DNA from: an uncultured euryarchaeote
GTDB lineage: Archaea > Thermoplasmatota > Poseidoniia > Poseidoniales > Poseidoniaceae
Length of the DNA stretch: 64,000 nt
Direction of reading: 5' to 3'
Assembly (NCBI GenBank): GCA_937899865.1
Contig: CALBRH010000065.1
Span: forward strand, 1 to 64,000
The notes beneath the pieces are model-generated. The model had not been told where the DNA came from and made no database searches. It saw only the letters and a list, made by a program, of their open reading frames with translations. This document shows positions 9,259-18,363 of this stretch, in pieces; the stretch's first letter is position 1, and every line of letters begins with the position of its first letter. The position numbers were made by a program, and so were the translations under genes.

Positions 9259-11034
9259 TCATTCCTCCTCTAATTCATGCTCAAATGGCAACTGTAGTTT
9301 CGCTCTAATTATGTCTTTTTCAGTAGTACCAATCATTAAACTAATCCAATTACCACTCCATGCGGAAATCAATGCTTTATGTCCTTGAATCATACTGCTA
9401 AGAATCAATGGGCCGGAAAAATCCTTGATTTCCTCAGGTAGTAATTCTTGTTTCAAAATCGCTTCATCATTGAGCAATGCGATTACAGTATCATGATCGA
9501 TTTCAACTAAAACATCACCGAGAATATTCTCAATTGCCGGTATGGCTTCCTGTCTGGTACGCCAAGAGCCCTTGTTGTTGACGAAACATGGCATTCCAGC
9601 ATGAATAATCTTCAATGGGTGAAAGGTATCATGTTGCCATAAGTTGCCATCTTTGTTTGGGCACTTAGGATGGTATAATCGCTGGTAAACCGAATATGGC
9701 GTGAGATTCAATCTTCGACCACGTTTCCACCAAAACAGCCCCTCAGTATCTAGTTGGTATTGATTTACAACTTCAGTAATCTCAACTTCATCAGCCGGCA
9801 TCACAGCGTGCCTACCACCAGCCTTAACCTCAAGAACACGAGGTTCCCAGCCAGAATCTCTGTTCAATTTTCTTTTCGGAATGTAGATTCTTGCTTTACC
9901 TTCCGGAGTCGCGTCTTTTTTGTGTCTTAACAAGGCAACATAAAAGCCTCCAGTATCGTTATCCATGTGATATAATCGCTTTGTTAGCTTTAGTTGTTCA
10001 GCAATTTCATCTTCATCTGCTGATGTGACTTCTTCATCAAGTAAGTGACGTAACTTTGGTGGTAGATGAGCTAATTTTAGCCCAGGTAATTTGGGTAATT
10101 CATTAGCTATCTCGACAACTTCTCCATCATCATCAATAATTTCCCATGAACTTAAACCGTCATGCATGATTAGTGAAGGTAGGATTTCACTATCGATTTC
10201 TACCAATTCCATCCATGGGCATTTACGCAATAATTCAGCAACTACTGCTTCATTTTCGATTGGATCAATACTGCATGTTGAATAGACCATTTTCCCGCCG
10301 GGTATTACTCCACGTGCGCCGCGTTCAGCAATACTCAATTGGAGATTAAACAAACTTCGTCCATCCAATGGCCGCCATTTCTGCCAAACTTTGACATTTT
10401 TTCTAGTGGTTGCTGAACCGGAACAGGGTACATCAGCAACGATAGCATCAAACCCAGGTTCTGGCATACGTCCAATATATCGCCCATCTTGTTGGTTGAT
10501 TAGTACGTTGTGTAATGCTAATCTTGCACGATTTGAGATTAGCATATTTGCTCTAGAGGACACTGGTTCGTTAGCGATTACAAATCCGTGAGGAGGTAAT
10601 TTCTCAGCGATTTGTGTGGTTTTCGAACCAGGTGCTGCACACATATCCAATATGACAGTCTCATCATCAATAGCTAAAATTTCAACAGGTAGCATACTTG
10701 CTGCCTCCTGCCGAGTAATCCTACCGCTGTCGTGTAGAATAGTCATCATCCGTTTAGCATAATCGGTTGGCGGTTTACCTCTCAAGAACGGCATCTGCCA
10801 AGCGCTTTCATTAGGCATCCATGGTATGGGTTTACCACCCATTTTGCGTAATTCTTGTTTGGTCCATTCAATGTCACTTCTTGAGGTGGTAACTCTAAGA
10901 GTTTCAGGCAAAACAGAAACCGCTGATGAGACCCATTTCTCAATATCAATATCAAGGGTTTCGACTAATTTTGTCAGCAATGAATCCTTTGCGAGAGTCT
11001 TCAACTCACCCTCTTCCCAAAGGTCATACCCCAT
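9259..11034 (-). CDS. RsmB/NOP2/NSUN family RNA m5C methyltransferase (NSUN2/Trm4-like)
   Basis: RQEAASMLP, LDMCAAPGSKTTQ, DVPCSG (motif IV Cys) and YSTCS (motif VI Cys). Confidence 0.92.
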   Translation of the reverse strand: MGYDLWEEGELKTLAKDSLLTKLVETLDIDIEKWVSSAVSVLPETLRVTTSRSDIEWTKQELRKMGGKPIPWMPNESAWQMPFLRGKPPTDYAKRMMTILHDSGRITRQEAASMLPVEILAIDDETVILDMCAAPGSKTTQIAEKLPPHGFVIANEPVSSRANMLISNRARLALHNVLINQQDGRYIGRMPEPGFDAIVADVPCSGSATTRKNVKVWQKWRPLDGRSLFNLQLSIAERGARGVIPGGKMVYSTCSIDPIENEAVVAELLRKCPWMELVEIDSEILPSLIMHDGLSSWEIIDDDGEVVEIANELPKLPGLKLAHLPPKLRHLLDEEVTSADEDEIAEQLKLTKRLYHMDNDTGGFYVALLRHKKDATPEGKARIYIPKRKLNRDSGWEPRVLEVKAGGRHAVMPADEVEITEVVNQYQLDTEGLFWWKRGRRLNLTPYSVYQRLYHPKCPNKDGNLWQHDTFHPLKIIHAGMPCFVNNKGSWRTRQEAIPAIENILGDVLVEIDHDTVIALLNDEAILKQELLPEEIKDFSGPLILSSMIQGHKALISAWSGNWISLMIGTTEKDIIRAKLQLPFEHELEEE

Positions 11035-11104
11035 GTTTGACCCTCGAGCATCTGCTCTATGTTGATTCCGCCATCCTCAAGGGCTTAATGCCAGTAGCAA
11101 TAGC

Positions 11105-12439
11105 ATGCTGGGAGATTCGTTGCCGCTGTTCTTCCCGGTTTTGATATTCATGCTCTGTCTTTGGCTAGTGGCTGACAAAGTCGACCGTTACTGTAAGCGT
11201 TTTTCTCCTATGGTTGAAAAGCGCTTGATTAGTTCATACCGAATCATACCAATTTTCATGGTATTGTGGTTGATGATTGTTCGGGCTCGTGCTATCATTA
11301 CAAGAGATACAAATCATGTTGAAGTGACTAATCGCTTGGGAGAATCTGATTATGCATTTAGCGATCTTAAATTATTGATTTCAGGTGATGGAGTCGGAGA
11401 ATTCGCGTTACTATTATTGTTGATTTTTTCGTTATGGACGGTGAACCTGCCCAGTATGAGTAAAGCCCCTTATCACATTCGGAAGGCTGTTCAGAACAAG
11501 GTTATGCTATATGTCTCAGCATGTGCATTGTTGACATTTTGGATTTTCTTCCCCGAATCAAATTATTATTCTCCTGAATCATTTCCGATTCAGCCAACTA
11601 TGTCATCAAATGGCGATTATGCAGTAGTTATGGTGATTGCTGCGACCTTAATGGTTGCATTTAGTGCAGAATTATTTGCCATATCTTCTCTACAACAAGA
11701 GGAAGTATTCATCGTGCTGAAAAAGCGAGCTCTTCTCAAGACATACTTGGTAAGTGCAATTGTATTGATTGGATTTTATTTTGGTGATTACTTTGAGTTT
11801 AATTGGGTTTCAGGACAGGTCGATGAAAAAGTAATTGCAACATTGATTTTGTTTTCTCAAGCATTAATTTTAGCACTTATCTGCGTACCAGGAAAACGCT
11901 CAGACAACTTATTGAGAGTTGGCGAGGCAAGAACAAAATCTTTCGCAATCATGTCATTATTGACTTTAGCAATCTTGATTTTCATTACCTCATTCATGCT
12001 GCAAAATACTACCGAATATTCTACAGGCAACCGATATCTTGAGGAATCACTTTGGCTAACTGCTTCATTCACAATTATGCTATCAATTACCCAGATTTTA
12101 CCAAGGTATGGGTTTGATGGGGCGGCAAGACCTGAATATTGGTGGTTGAGAATCACTATATTATTTGCACCAGCCTTGATTTATTGGTTTAACCATTTGG
12201 CGATATTCATAATCCCGGCACTTTGGTGTGTTGCATCATTAACAATTGTACTACCTAACCTCATAGAGCAAGACGCAAAATCCCCTTCAAAACAAGGGAT
12301 TGGATTAATCATAGGCTCAATGATTTTGACATTAATTATCACTTCAGCAACTGCAAATATGCTTGGTTACTTTATCTTGTTCGGTAGTACTTCGATGATA
12401 ATTAGTAATGTTACATCACAATTGATTCCACCACACTGA
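11105..12439 (+). CDS. Multi-pass membrane protein, function unknown
   Basis: 444 aa with about 12 hydrophobic segments. Confidence 0.75.
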   Translation: MLGDSLPLFFPVLIFMLCLWLVADKVDRYCKRFSPMVEKRLISSYRIIPIFMVLWLMIVRARAIITRDTNHVEVTNRLGESDYAFSDLKLLISGDGVGEFALLLLLIFSLWTVNLPSMSKAPYHIRKAVQNKVMLYVSACALLTFWIFFPESNYYSPESFPIQPTMSSNGDYAVVMVIAATLMVAFSAELFAISSLQQEEVFIVLKKRALLKTYLVSAIVLIGFYFGDYFEFNWVSGQVDEKVIATLILFSQALILALICVPGKRSDNLLRVGEARTKSFAIMSLLTLAILIFITSFMLQNTTEYSTGNRYLEESLWLTASFTIMLSITQILPRYGFDGAARPEYWWLRITILFAPALIYWFNHLAIFIIPALWCVASLTIVLPNLIEQDAKSPSKQGIGLIIGSMILTLIITSATANMLGYFILFGSTSMIISNVTSQLIPPH

Positions 12440-12552
12440 CTAATTTATTTCATCCTCAAATCACATTGATAGCGCAGAAAACCATCGCGCTTCTTATTAA
12501 GAAAAGGGAAGCCCTTGAATCGAAGTCAAAGACTTCAGGGGATGGGACCCTT

Positions 12553-12909
12553 ATGACTAGAGCATTTAGAGGCGGTATAGATAGTAGAAAAAAGGCACGC
12601 GCACCAACAAGAATACGTAATTGGAATCCAATCCGAGATCTTAGAGGTTTGAAAACACGAACATCAACAACTGGCAGTGAAATGGGACCTCTTGTCGATG
12701 TTCCTGCAATGATAAGAATTGAAGATGAACACTGGGTTTTCGAGAGAGTAGAAGAAGGTGTACTGCAGAATTTAACTCATCGATTAATCATTCACGATTC
12801 AACTGGTTCAAAGACAATTGGCGCTACTGCAGATATGGATACTGCAATGCAAGTAGCACAAAAAATGGCGACTTTGGAAAACAAAATCGTAATGATTAGG
12901 CCAATTTAG
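12553..12909 (+). CDS. Hypothetical protein (ATG 12553 preferred over TTG 12466)
   Basis: The ORF fills the gap between genes on the expected strand. No family recognised. Confidence 0.55.
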   Translation: MTRAFRGGIDSRKKARAPTRIRNWNPIRDLRGLKTRTSTTGSEMGPLVDVPAMIRIEDEHWVFERVEEGVLQNLTHRLIIHDSTGSKTIGATADMDTAMQVAQKMATLENKIVMIRPI

Positions 12910-13097
12910 AATAGGTTCCAAATCGCTGAAACGACACCTTGGTTAACAAGGTAGAAGAATACCCCAATAATGATACATGCGCTGTATACTTGCATAGGAG
13001 TAATCTTCCAAGCATGCTCTGATTCTTCATCAAAATATCGAATAAGTCCAGCTGCTTGCTGGATTCCACTACCCTCTGATTTCTTCTTTGAAGCCAT
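12906..13097 (-). CDS. secG: Preprotein translocase subunit Sec61beta/SecG
   Basis: AAGLIRYFDEE motif followed by a single TM, 63 aa. Confidence 0.88.
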   Translation of the reverse strand: MASKKKSEGSGIQQAAGLIRYFDEESEHAWKITPMQVYSACIIIGVFFYLVNQGVVSAIWNLF

Positions 13098-13167
13098 TTC
13101 AACCGAACCATCCGAGTAGCATCCCCTTTATCAACGCGACGCGTCAATAAATGAGTGAATTAATTCC

Positions 13168-14070
13168 CTATTCAGCCTCTGTTAAGTCAATTAATGGTAT
13201 TGTTTGGTCTTCTGCTGGATTGATAACCAAGTCCTCATCAAAGCGGATAGTTTCTAGGGATTTATCGATTACCGAGCCACTGTTTTCTTCGTTCATTGCA
13301 TTATCAGGATTAGCCTCTATCAGCGATGCTTCTATCCGAGCAATGGCTCTTTCTACGCTTGGCAGGTTTTGATCTGCAAGGGCTTCTTTAGCGATATTCA
13401 AATCATATTTTGCTGAAGCAATACTAACTTCTGCTTTATTTTTTGACCAGCCCTCTAATTCATCAATTGCATTAGCCTTTTTCTCAACATTTCTTATTGC
13501 AGAATCCATTATTTCAATCATTTCAGTAGTGTTCTTTTTGCATAAATCAACAAAATTAAGCCAAGTTTTTTCATTACTTTCCAATGAAATATGTGGATAT
13601 GATTTTGACATATATTTTCTTGCTGATCGAATATGTTTGAAACGCCATGGTTGCCAAGCAGAAGATGCAACTAAATCAAAAACCAGTCTTGAAATCACGC
13701 TTGGCGGTCCATCTAGTTCAATGATATTCAGATAACCAGAGGTTATTAGGCCAAACCCCCAATATGAATCAGAAGTAATTGTCACACTGAGAGGGCCGCT
13801 CACAGTTTTTAGTTTCCATTTCTGTTCATTGTAGGCAGGTAGTTCAATGAATTCAGGAGTGTCCGGTGATTCTAAAGCAGCAATTATTGCTGAAGCAATA
13901 TTCCCTAAGTATACCACATCACTATTTCCGGGAAACCGCTGATTACGCAGGAGTCGAGTTGATTTCTCAACTCTATGATTCGATTTTGCTTTAGTGACTT
14001 GGCCGAGCAATACAACATTTCCGTTGTTAGAATACTCGGCCATAGCATAGGTGAACAATTCAACAAACAT
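13168..14070 (-). CDS. Hypothetical protein with C-terminal helical/coiled region
   Basis: 300-aa ORF (alternative start ATG 14043). No family recognised. Confidence 0.65.
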   Translation of the reverse strand: MFVELFTYAMAEYSNNGNVVLLGQVTKAKSNHRVEKSTRLLRNQRFPGNSDVVYLGNIASAIIAALESPDTPEFIELPAYNEQKWKLKTVSGPLSVTITSDSYWGFGLITSGYLNIIELDGPPSVISRLVFDLVASSAWQPWRFKHIRSARKYMSKSYPHISLESNEKTWLNFVDLCKKNTTEMIEIMDSAIRNVEKKANAIDELEGWSKNKAEVSIASAKYDLNIAKEALADQNLPSVERAIARIEASLIEANPDNAMNEENSGSVIDKSLETIRFDEDLVINPAEDQTIPLIDLTEAE

Positions 14071-14143
14071 GAAGTAAACGGAAAAATATCCTCAAGAGCA
14101 AGAATTCATTAGTCACTTCTTTTCTCCCGTGTTAGGTGAAACC

Positions 14144-14647
14144 ATGAGTTCGACTACGAAAGGTTCGAAGGCAAGTAAGTTAACTGCAATTCCGGGAGTC
14201 GGTGCTGCTACTGCAAAGAAGTTAGTCGCCGCTAAACTTGACACAGTATCTAAAGTCGCTGCTGCTGGAGCGACAAAATTAGTAAAAGCAGGTATTCAAG
14301 CAGCATTAGCAAAGAAAGTTGCTGCGGCAGCAAAGAAACTTGACAAAGCATCTCAAGCGACAAAGAAAACCGCTACTGCGGCAAAGAAAGCAGCCAAGGC
14401 AGCACCAGCAAAAGCAAAAGCGGCTGCTAAGAAAGCCCCTGCTAAGGCTAAAGCTACCGCTTCCAAAGCAAAAACAGCAACTACAGCAGCTGCAAAGAAA
14501 ACTTCAGAGAAAGCCAAGAATTTGGCAGCTAAGGCTAAGTCCAAAGCCAAACCAAAGGCCAAATCAAAGCCGAAAGATGGCAAAATAGGTCCTTCAAGGA
14601 ACACGCCATTATCGTCATTGTCTTGGTTTAAGAACGCTAAGAAATAA
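14144..14647 (+). CDS. Helix-hairpin-helix protein with Lys/Ala-rich (histone H1-like) tail
   Basis: LTAIPGVGAATAKKL HhH motif and AKKAPAKAK-type repeats. An AGGTGA RBS precedes ATG 14144. Confidence 0.8.
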   Translation: MSSTTKGSKASKLTAIPGVGAATAKKLVAAKLDTVSKVAAAGATKLVKAGIQAALAKKVAAAAKKLDKASQATKKTATAAKKAAKAAPAKAKAAAKKAPAKAKATASKAKTATTAAAKKTSEKAKNLAAKAKSKAKPKAKSKPKDGKIGPSRNTPLSSLSWFKNAKK

Positions 14648-14688
14648 TTCCGCGAATTGTTCAAAGACCGAGTGTACTTTGTCAAATC

Positions 14689-14871
14689 ATGCCTAGAAGG
14701 AAGTACGGCCGTCTTCGTAAGACCGTAGAACTTCCACCGAAGGAAAATTGCTCTCGGTGTCGTTCGGGCAAATATTGTCCAATTCCAGGACATTCAGGCC
14801 AAGAAGTAAAACCTCACAGAGAATGGATGGGCCCGGAAAAAGTTTCGAAGAGGAAAGCCAAGTCGAATTAA
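14689..14871 (+). CDS. Small basic protein with CxxC-x5-C-x4-H putative zinc site
   Basis: MPRRKYGRLRK...CSRCRSGKYCPIPGH. It fills the intergenic gap, starts at ATG and stops 2 nt from the xerA stop. Confidence 0.55.
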   Translation: MPRRKYGRLRKTVELPPKENCSRCRSGKYCPIPGHSGQEVKPHREWMGPEKVSKRKAKSN

Positions 14872-14873
14872 TA

Positions 14874-15962
14874 TCACTCAATACCAGATACGCTGGTAGA
14901 AGGAGTATTTTCTACTAATTCTTCAACAGGTTCATCCACTTCAGCAAGAGCGTTTCTCATATTTTGTGCCCTATTGTATACTTCACGCAATGTCTGATCA
15001 GAAATCTCAAGATATACTCTGGTGGTTGCAATACTACTGTGTCCAAGTAACTTTTGAATTGATACTAAATCAGCACCTCTCTCCAATAATCCTGTGGCAA
15101 AATTATGCCTAAGTACGTGAGGAGTTAACTTTCCTTTTGGTAGGCCCGCTTCAATTGCTAAGGCATCCATTAACCTTTGAACTCCACGAGGCTGTATTCT
15201 TCTTCCCGCTGAGTTTAGCAATAGTGCGTCAAATTCTCCTTTAACTCTAGAATCTCTTACTGGAAGCCAGGCATTAATCATGTTCAATGTTCGTTCTGTG
15301 AATAGGACTAGTCGATCTTTGTCACCTTTTCCACCAATTACTTTAGCTGATTTATCTTGAATATCAAGGTCGCTTAGGTTTAGGTTACATACCTCGCTCA
15401 CCCTAAGTCCAGTATCAAGCATTAAAGTAACAACAACCGATGCTACAGGATTTTCACTGGTTTTAGCAGCCTCTAAAACCATGGTTAACTCTCTTCGAGT
15501 AAGCGTTCTAGGCAATCTTTTCCCGGTTCTTGCACGAGTAAGGTGATCCGGCCATCTGTGGCCAAGCCACTTCAATAGATGACGAGCAGCAGCTAATCTT
15601 GCATTGTAAGTGGTTGGTCTTAAGTCGGAAAGGCTGTGTGTCCATAAATCAATTCGGCCATTTAGTGGCTCCATTCGTTGTGCTAAATCATAAATCGTCA
15701 TAGTATTATATTCAATTTCACTTAACACATCTTCGCCCGGAAGAGTTGTTTCAACATATGACCTCAAACCAGAAATGTAAGATTTCTGAGTATTTTCGGA
15801 TTTGTTTTCAGACTTGAGTTGTTTTTTGTAGCACTCTAACCAAGGAAGTTCTCTAAGATGAAATAGGCGATGAGGAAGAGAAACATCTTCGTCGGTCAAA
15901 CGCATTTGGCTAGGCCTAAGCGCCCTACGTTCTCGAGTAAAACTTCCTCTGCTGTTTTCCAT
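14874..15962 (-). CDS. xerA: Tyrosine recombinase XerA (XerC/D-like)
   Basis: Catalytic R (TGLRVSE), K (GGKGDKDR), HVLRH, LGHSSIATTRVY. A GGTGA RBS precedes ATG 15962 (ORF track extends to TTG 16043). Confidence 0.88.
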   Translation of the reverse strand: MENSRGSFTRERRALRPSQMRLTDEDVSLPHRLFHLRELPWLECYKKQLKSENKSENTQKSYISGLRSYVETTLPGEDVLSEIEYNTMTIYDLAQRMEPLNGRIDLWTHSLSDLRPTTYNARLAAARHLLKWLGHRWPDHLTRARTGKRLPRTLTRRELTMVLEAAKTSENPVASVVVTLMLDTGLRVSEVCNLNLSDLDIQDKSAKVIGGKGDKDRLVLFTERTLNMINAWLPVRDSRVKGEFDALLLNSAGRRIQPRGVQRLMDALAIEAGLPKGKLTPHVLRHNFATGLLERGADLVSIQKLLGHSSIATTRVYLEISDQTLREVYNRAQNMRNALAEVDEPVEELVENTPSTSVSGIE

Positions 15963-15963
15963 T

Positions 15964-16015
15964 GGCGTCACCGCCTCTCGCCGTAGCGAGTGTGCATCCC
16001 GTGCCCCGGAGGGCA
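15964..16015 (-). promoter_or_regulatory. Structured 5' leader of xerA: three tetraloop hairpins
   Basis: TGCCC-TCCG-GGGCA (16015-16002), CTCGC-TACG-GCGAG (15990-15977) and GGCG-GTGA-CGCC (15975-15964). GC is 40/60 over 15961-16020. Confidence 0.6.
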
Positions 16016-16073
16016 AGTAGAGGATATAGGTGTAAGATATCAAACCATCGGGATTTTAGTATCCATCAATGTA

Positions 16074-18326
16074 TCAATTCTTACCATAAGGAATCCATTC
16101 GGAACCATTCCACCACATAATGCTCTGATCTGACATCTGTCGCCATGAATAGCCATTTCCATCGGTCCATTGTTGCAATACTACAGGTTCTAATGTTGGC
16201 ATCGGTATTGCCGGTAGTGGCATAATTGGATCGTTGGATGTACTTTGCATTACGTTATTCTGTGGTGACGACTTCCTACTTCTAATTACCAAAACACCTC
16301 CAACAATAGCAGCAATAACCAAACCTAAAACCACGTATAGCAAGATATTATTTTCCTCAGATTTACTAGAGGTTGCTTCTGCCTCCTGCTGATCATTGCC
16401 ATTATCTTGTAATTCATCATTAGCGTCTTGTTCTAAAATTGTGCAACCAAACTCGTCAACTGCTTCGCCTGGTTTAGTATCAAGACAATTATCTGATGTG
16501 TCTAGAACTCCATCATTATCCACATCAATTTCTAAATTAGTTTGATTATTATCGTCAATTGGGTCAATAGTATTGTTAGTATTATCACTAGAATTATCGG
16601 TATTGTTATCTTGAGAATTATTATTTTGAGTATCATCATTTTGATCATCATTATCTGATGTTTCAGCAAGCTCTAGCGACACCGTCAATATTTGAGAAAT
16701 GCTACTCGAAATTCCAGAAGGGTTGTGAAGTAAACCGATTTCAAAAGATTCTATATTGTTCAATCCCCATGAAGATACCGAGATATCAAGTTTGTAGGTT
16801 GCATCGACATCAACAGGAAGTGAAACACCTTCATCGTCACATGAAGCAAATAAATCAACTATTTCGATATCGATGTTATTTGAACTTGTACAGAAAAGCT
16901 TCCATTCATTTTCAAAGTAGTTGAGTGAACTCAAAGACGAGGTCTCGATAATAGTCTCGAAGGTTTTGGTTTGATCATTCTGCTCAAAACTAATTTTATT
17001 ATCTAGAATTGAGATAATCTGCTTGCTTTCCAAAGGTGAATCAGACAATTTGAAGGAGGTGTTTGTCATTTGATACTTATCAAAAACCACACTTAGTTCA
17101 AGCATAAAGTCAATTATAGTTACATCATAATTGAGATAAATTTCAAAACTAAATTGACCATTTTGTCCGATTTGGGGATTCATTTGATTGAATTGAGACA
17201 ATGTAAGATTCATATTGTCGTAGATAATCCTTAAATCGATTACATTAGAATTTGTTAATAGAGTTAAGTTACTCGAGTAATAACCGCTATTAACAACTTC
17301 ATATGTTGAATTAAACCAAGCTCGCCCTAGAGTAAATATAGTTTCAATTTCATCAAGATTTTGTGAATTTCCATAGAAGTTCTCAGCATAGTTGAATTGT
17401 GAAGATGTTACAGAAACTAGCGGTGATACAATTTGCTCTATTGGGGAGATAGATATAGTGTAATATTCTTGATGAATATATACTAACTCTCCTTCATCAT
17501 TTTCATAGTATATTTCTACGTATAGAGGTTGAATTGATAATTTTCTTCCTTCTTCAAACTCTTCAGTGGGTATCAAAATCAAATTTAAATCAATGCTTTC
17601 TCCGCCAAAAACTTCAATTTCTGTTGTTTCAAAATCATTTTCACCTTCATCTATGCTTATTTCTTTCGAACTTCTCTCTATGATTGTGAAATTCACAAAA
17701 AATCCGTTATCAGAATCACCGGTATTGAGCATTGTGATGGTTATTTCTTTAGATTCACAACCACATACATAGATGAATTCAGAAGAATTATCTGTAGAAA
17801 TTTGGAAATCATATTCGTTGAATAATAACTTTTCAAGAGAACCAGACATTTTTGAACCATCAATTAAATCTAAATTTACTATAAGCGAATAGTTGCCACC
17901 CCATATGTCGGTATTGTAAGTATACAAAATAGTCAAAATAACGCCATTATCGGTAAAGTTTGCTTCATAATCCGTAGAATTGATTTCAAATGACAAAACA
18001 TCAGTAATTTCACCGTTATAGTATCCTTTAACATTTAGCAGGTCTATTTCATCGATACCAAAAATGCCGTCTGCAAACACTGAAATCTGCATTACTCTAT
18101 TTTCTACAAGGTCATTTGGCGACCAGATGTATTCTTGATCATCTTCGAATGAATCTCCTGGTCTGTGAACCTTGATTTCGAGAGTATCATTCTCACTTGA
18201 ATTATTTACAGAAGAATCAGAATTAAGATTAGAGTTGATCATTAAACTCGCTGAATTGGAAATTACAACTAATAGTGTTAGCCAAAGAACTAACCCTAAA
18301 CTCCCTCGACCCTTCATATATATCAA
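16074..18326 (-). CDS. Secreted single-pass surface protein with D/N-rich linker, TSP3-like repeat and Trp-rich cytoplasmic tail
   Basis: Signal peptide, DVDNDGVLDTSDNC, TM ILLYVVLGLVIAAIVGGVLVI, tail WTDGNGYSWRQM...WWNGSEW. Confidence 0.8.
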   Translation of the reverse strand: MIYMKGRGSLGLVLWLTLLVVISNSASLMINSNLNSDSSVNNSSENDTLEIKVHRPGDSFEDDQEYIWSPNDLVENRVMQISVFADGIFGIDEIDLLNVKGYYNGEITDVLSFEINSTDYEANFTDNGVILTILYTYNTDIWGGNYSLIVNLDLIDGSKMSGSLEKLLFNEYDFQISTDNSSEFIYVCGCESKEITITMLNTGDSDNGFFVNFTIIERSSKEISIDEGENDFETTEIEVFGGESIDLNLILIPTEEFEEGRKLSIQPLYVEIYYENDEGELVYIHQEYYTISISPIEQIVSPLVSVTSSQFNYAENFYGNSQNLDEIETIFTLGRAWFNSTYEVVNSGYYSSNLTLLTNSNVIDLRIIYDNMNLTLSQFNQMNPQIGQNGQFSFEIYLNYDVTIIDFMLELSVVFDKYQMTNTSFKLSDSPLESKQIISILDNKISFEQNDQTKTFETIIETSSLSSLNYFENEWKLFCTSSNNIDIEIVDLFASCDDEGVSLPVDVDATYKLDISVSSWGLNNIESFEIGLLHNPSGISSSISQILTVSLELAETSDNDDQNDDTQNNNSQDNNTDNSSDNTNNTIDPIDDNNQTNLEIDVDNDGVLDTSDNCLDTKPGEAVDEFGCTILEQDANDELQDNGNDQQEAEATSSKSEENNILLYVVLGLVIAAIVGGVLVIRSRKSSPQNNVMQSTSNDPIMPLPAIPMPTLEPVVLQQWTDGNGYSWRQMSDQSIMWWNGSEWIPYGKN

Positions 18327-18363
18327 CAGAATATCTATCTTTATTGAACTTTTGAATGACTGA

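Noticed and set aside
14353-14793. Antisense ORFs such as 14353-14793, 8770-9273, 32746-33228 and 57778-58281
   Set aside because: They are shadows of repetitive or biased coding sequence on the opposite strand, with no motifs or RBS.
14874-15962. xerA as the integrase of an adjacent island or provirus
   Set aside because: The neighbours are ordinary chromosomal genes, and I saw no att repeat or viral genes nearby.
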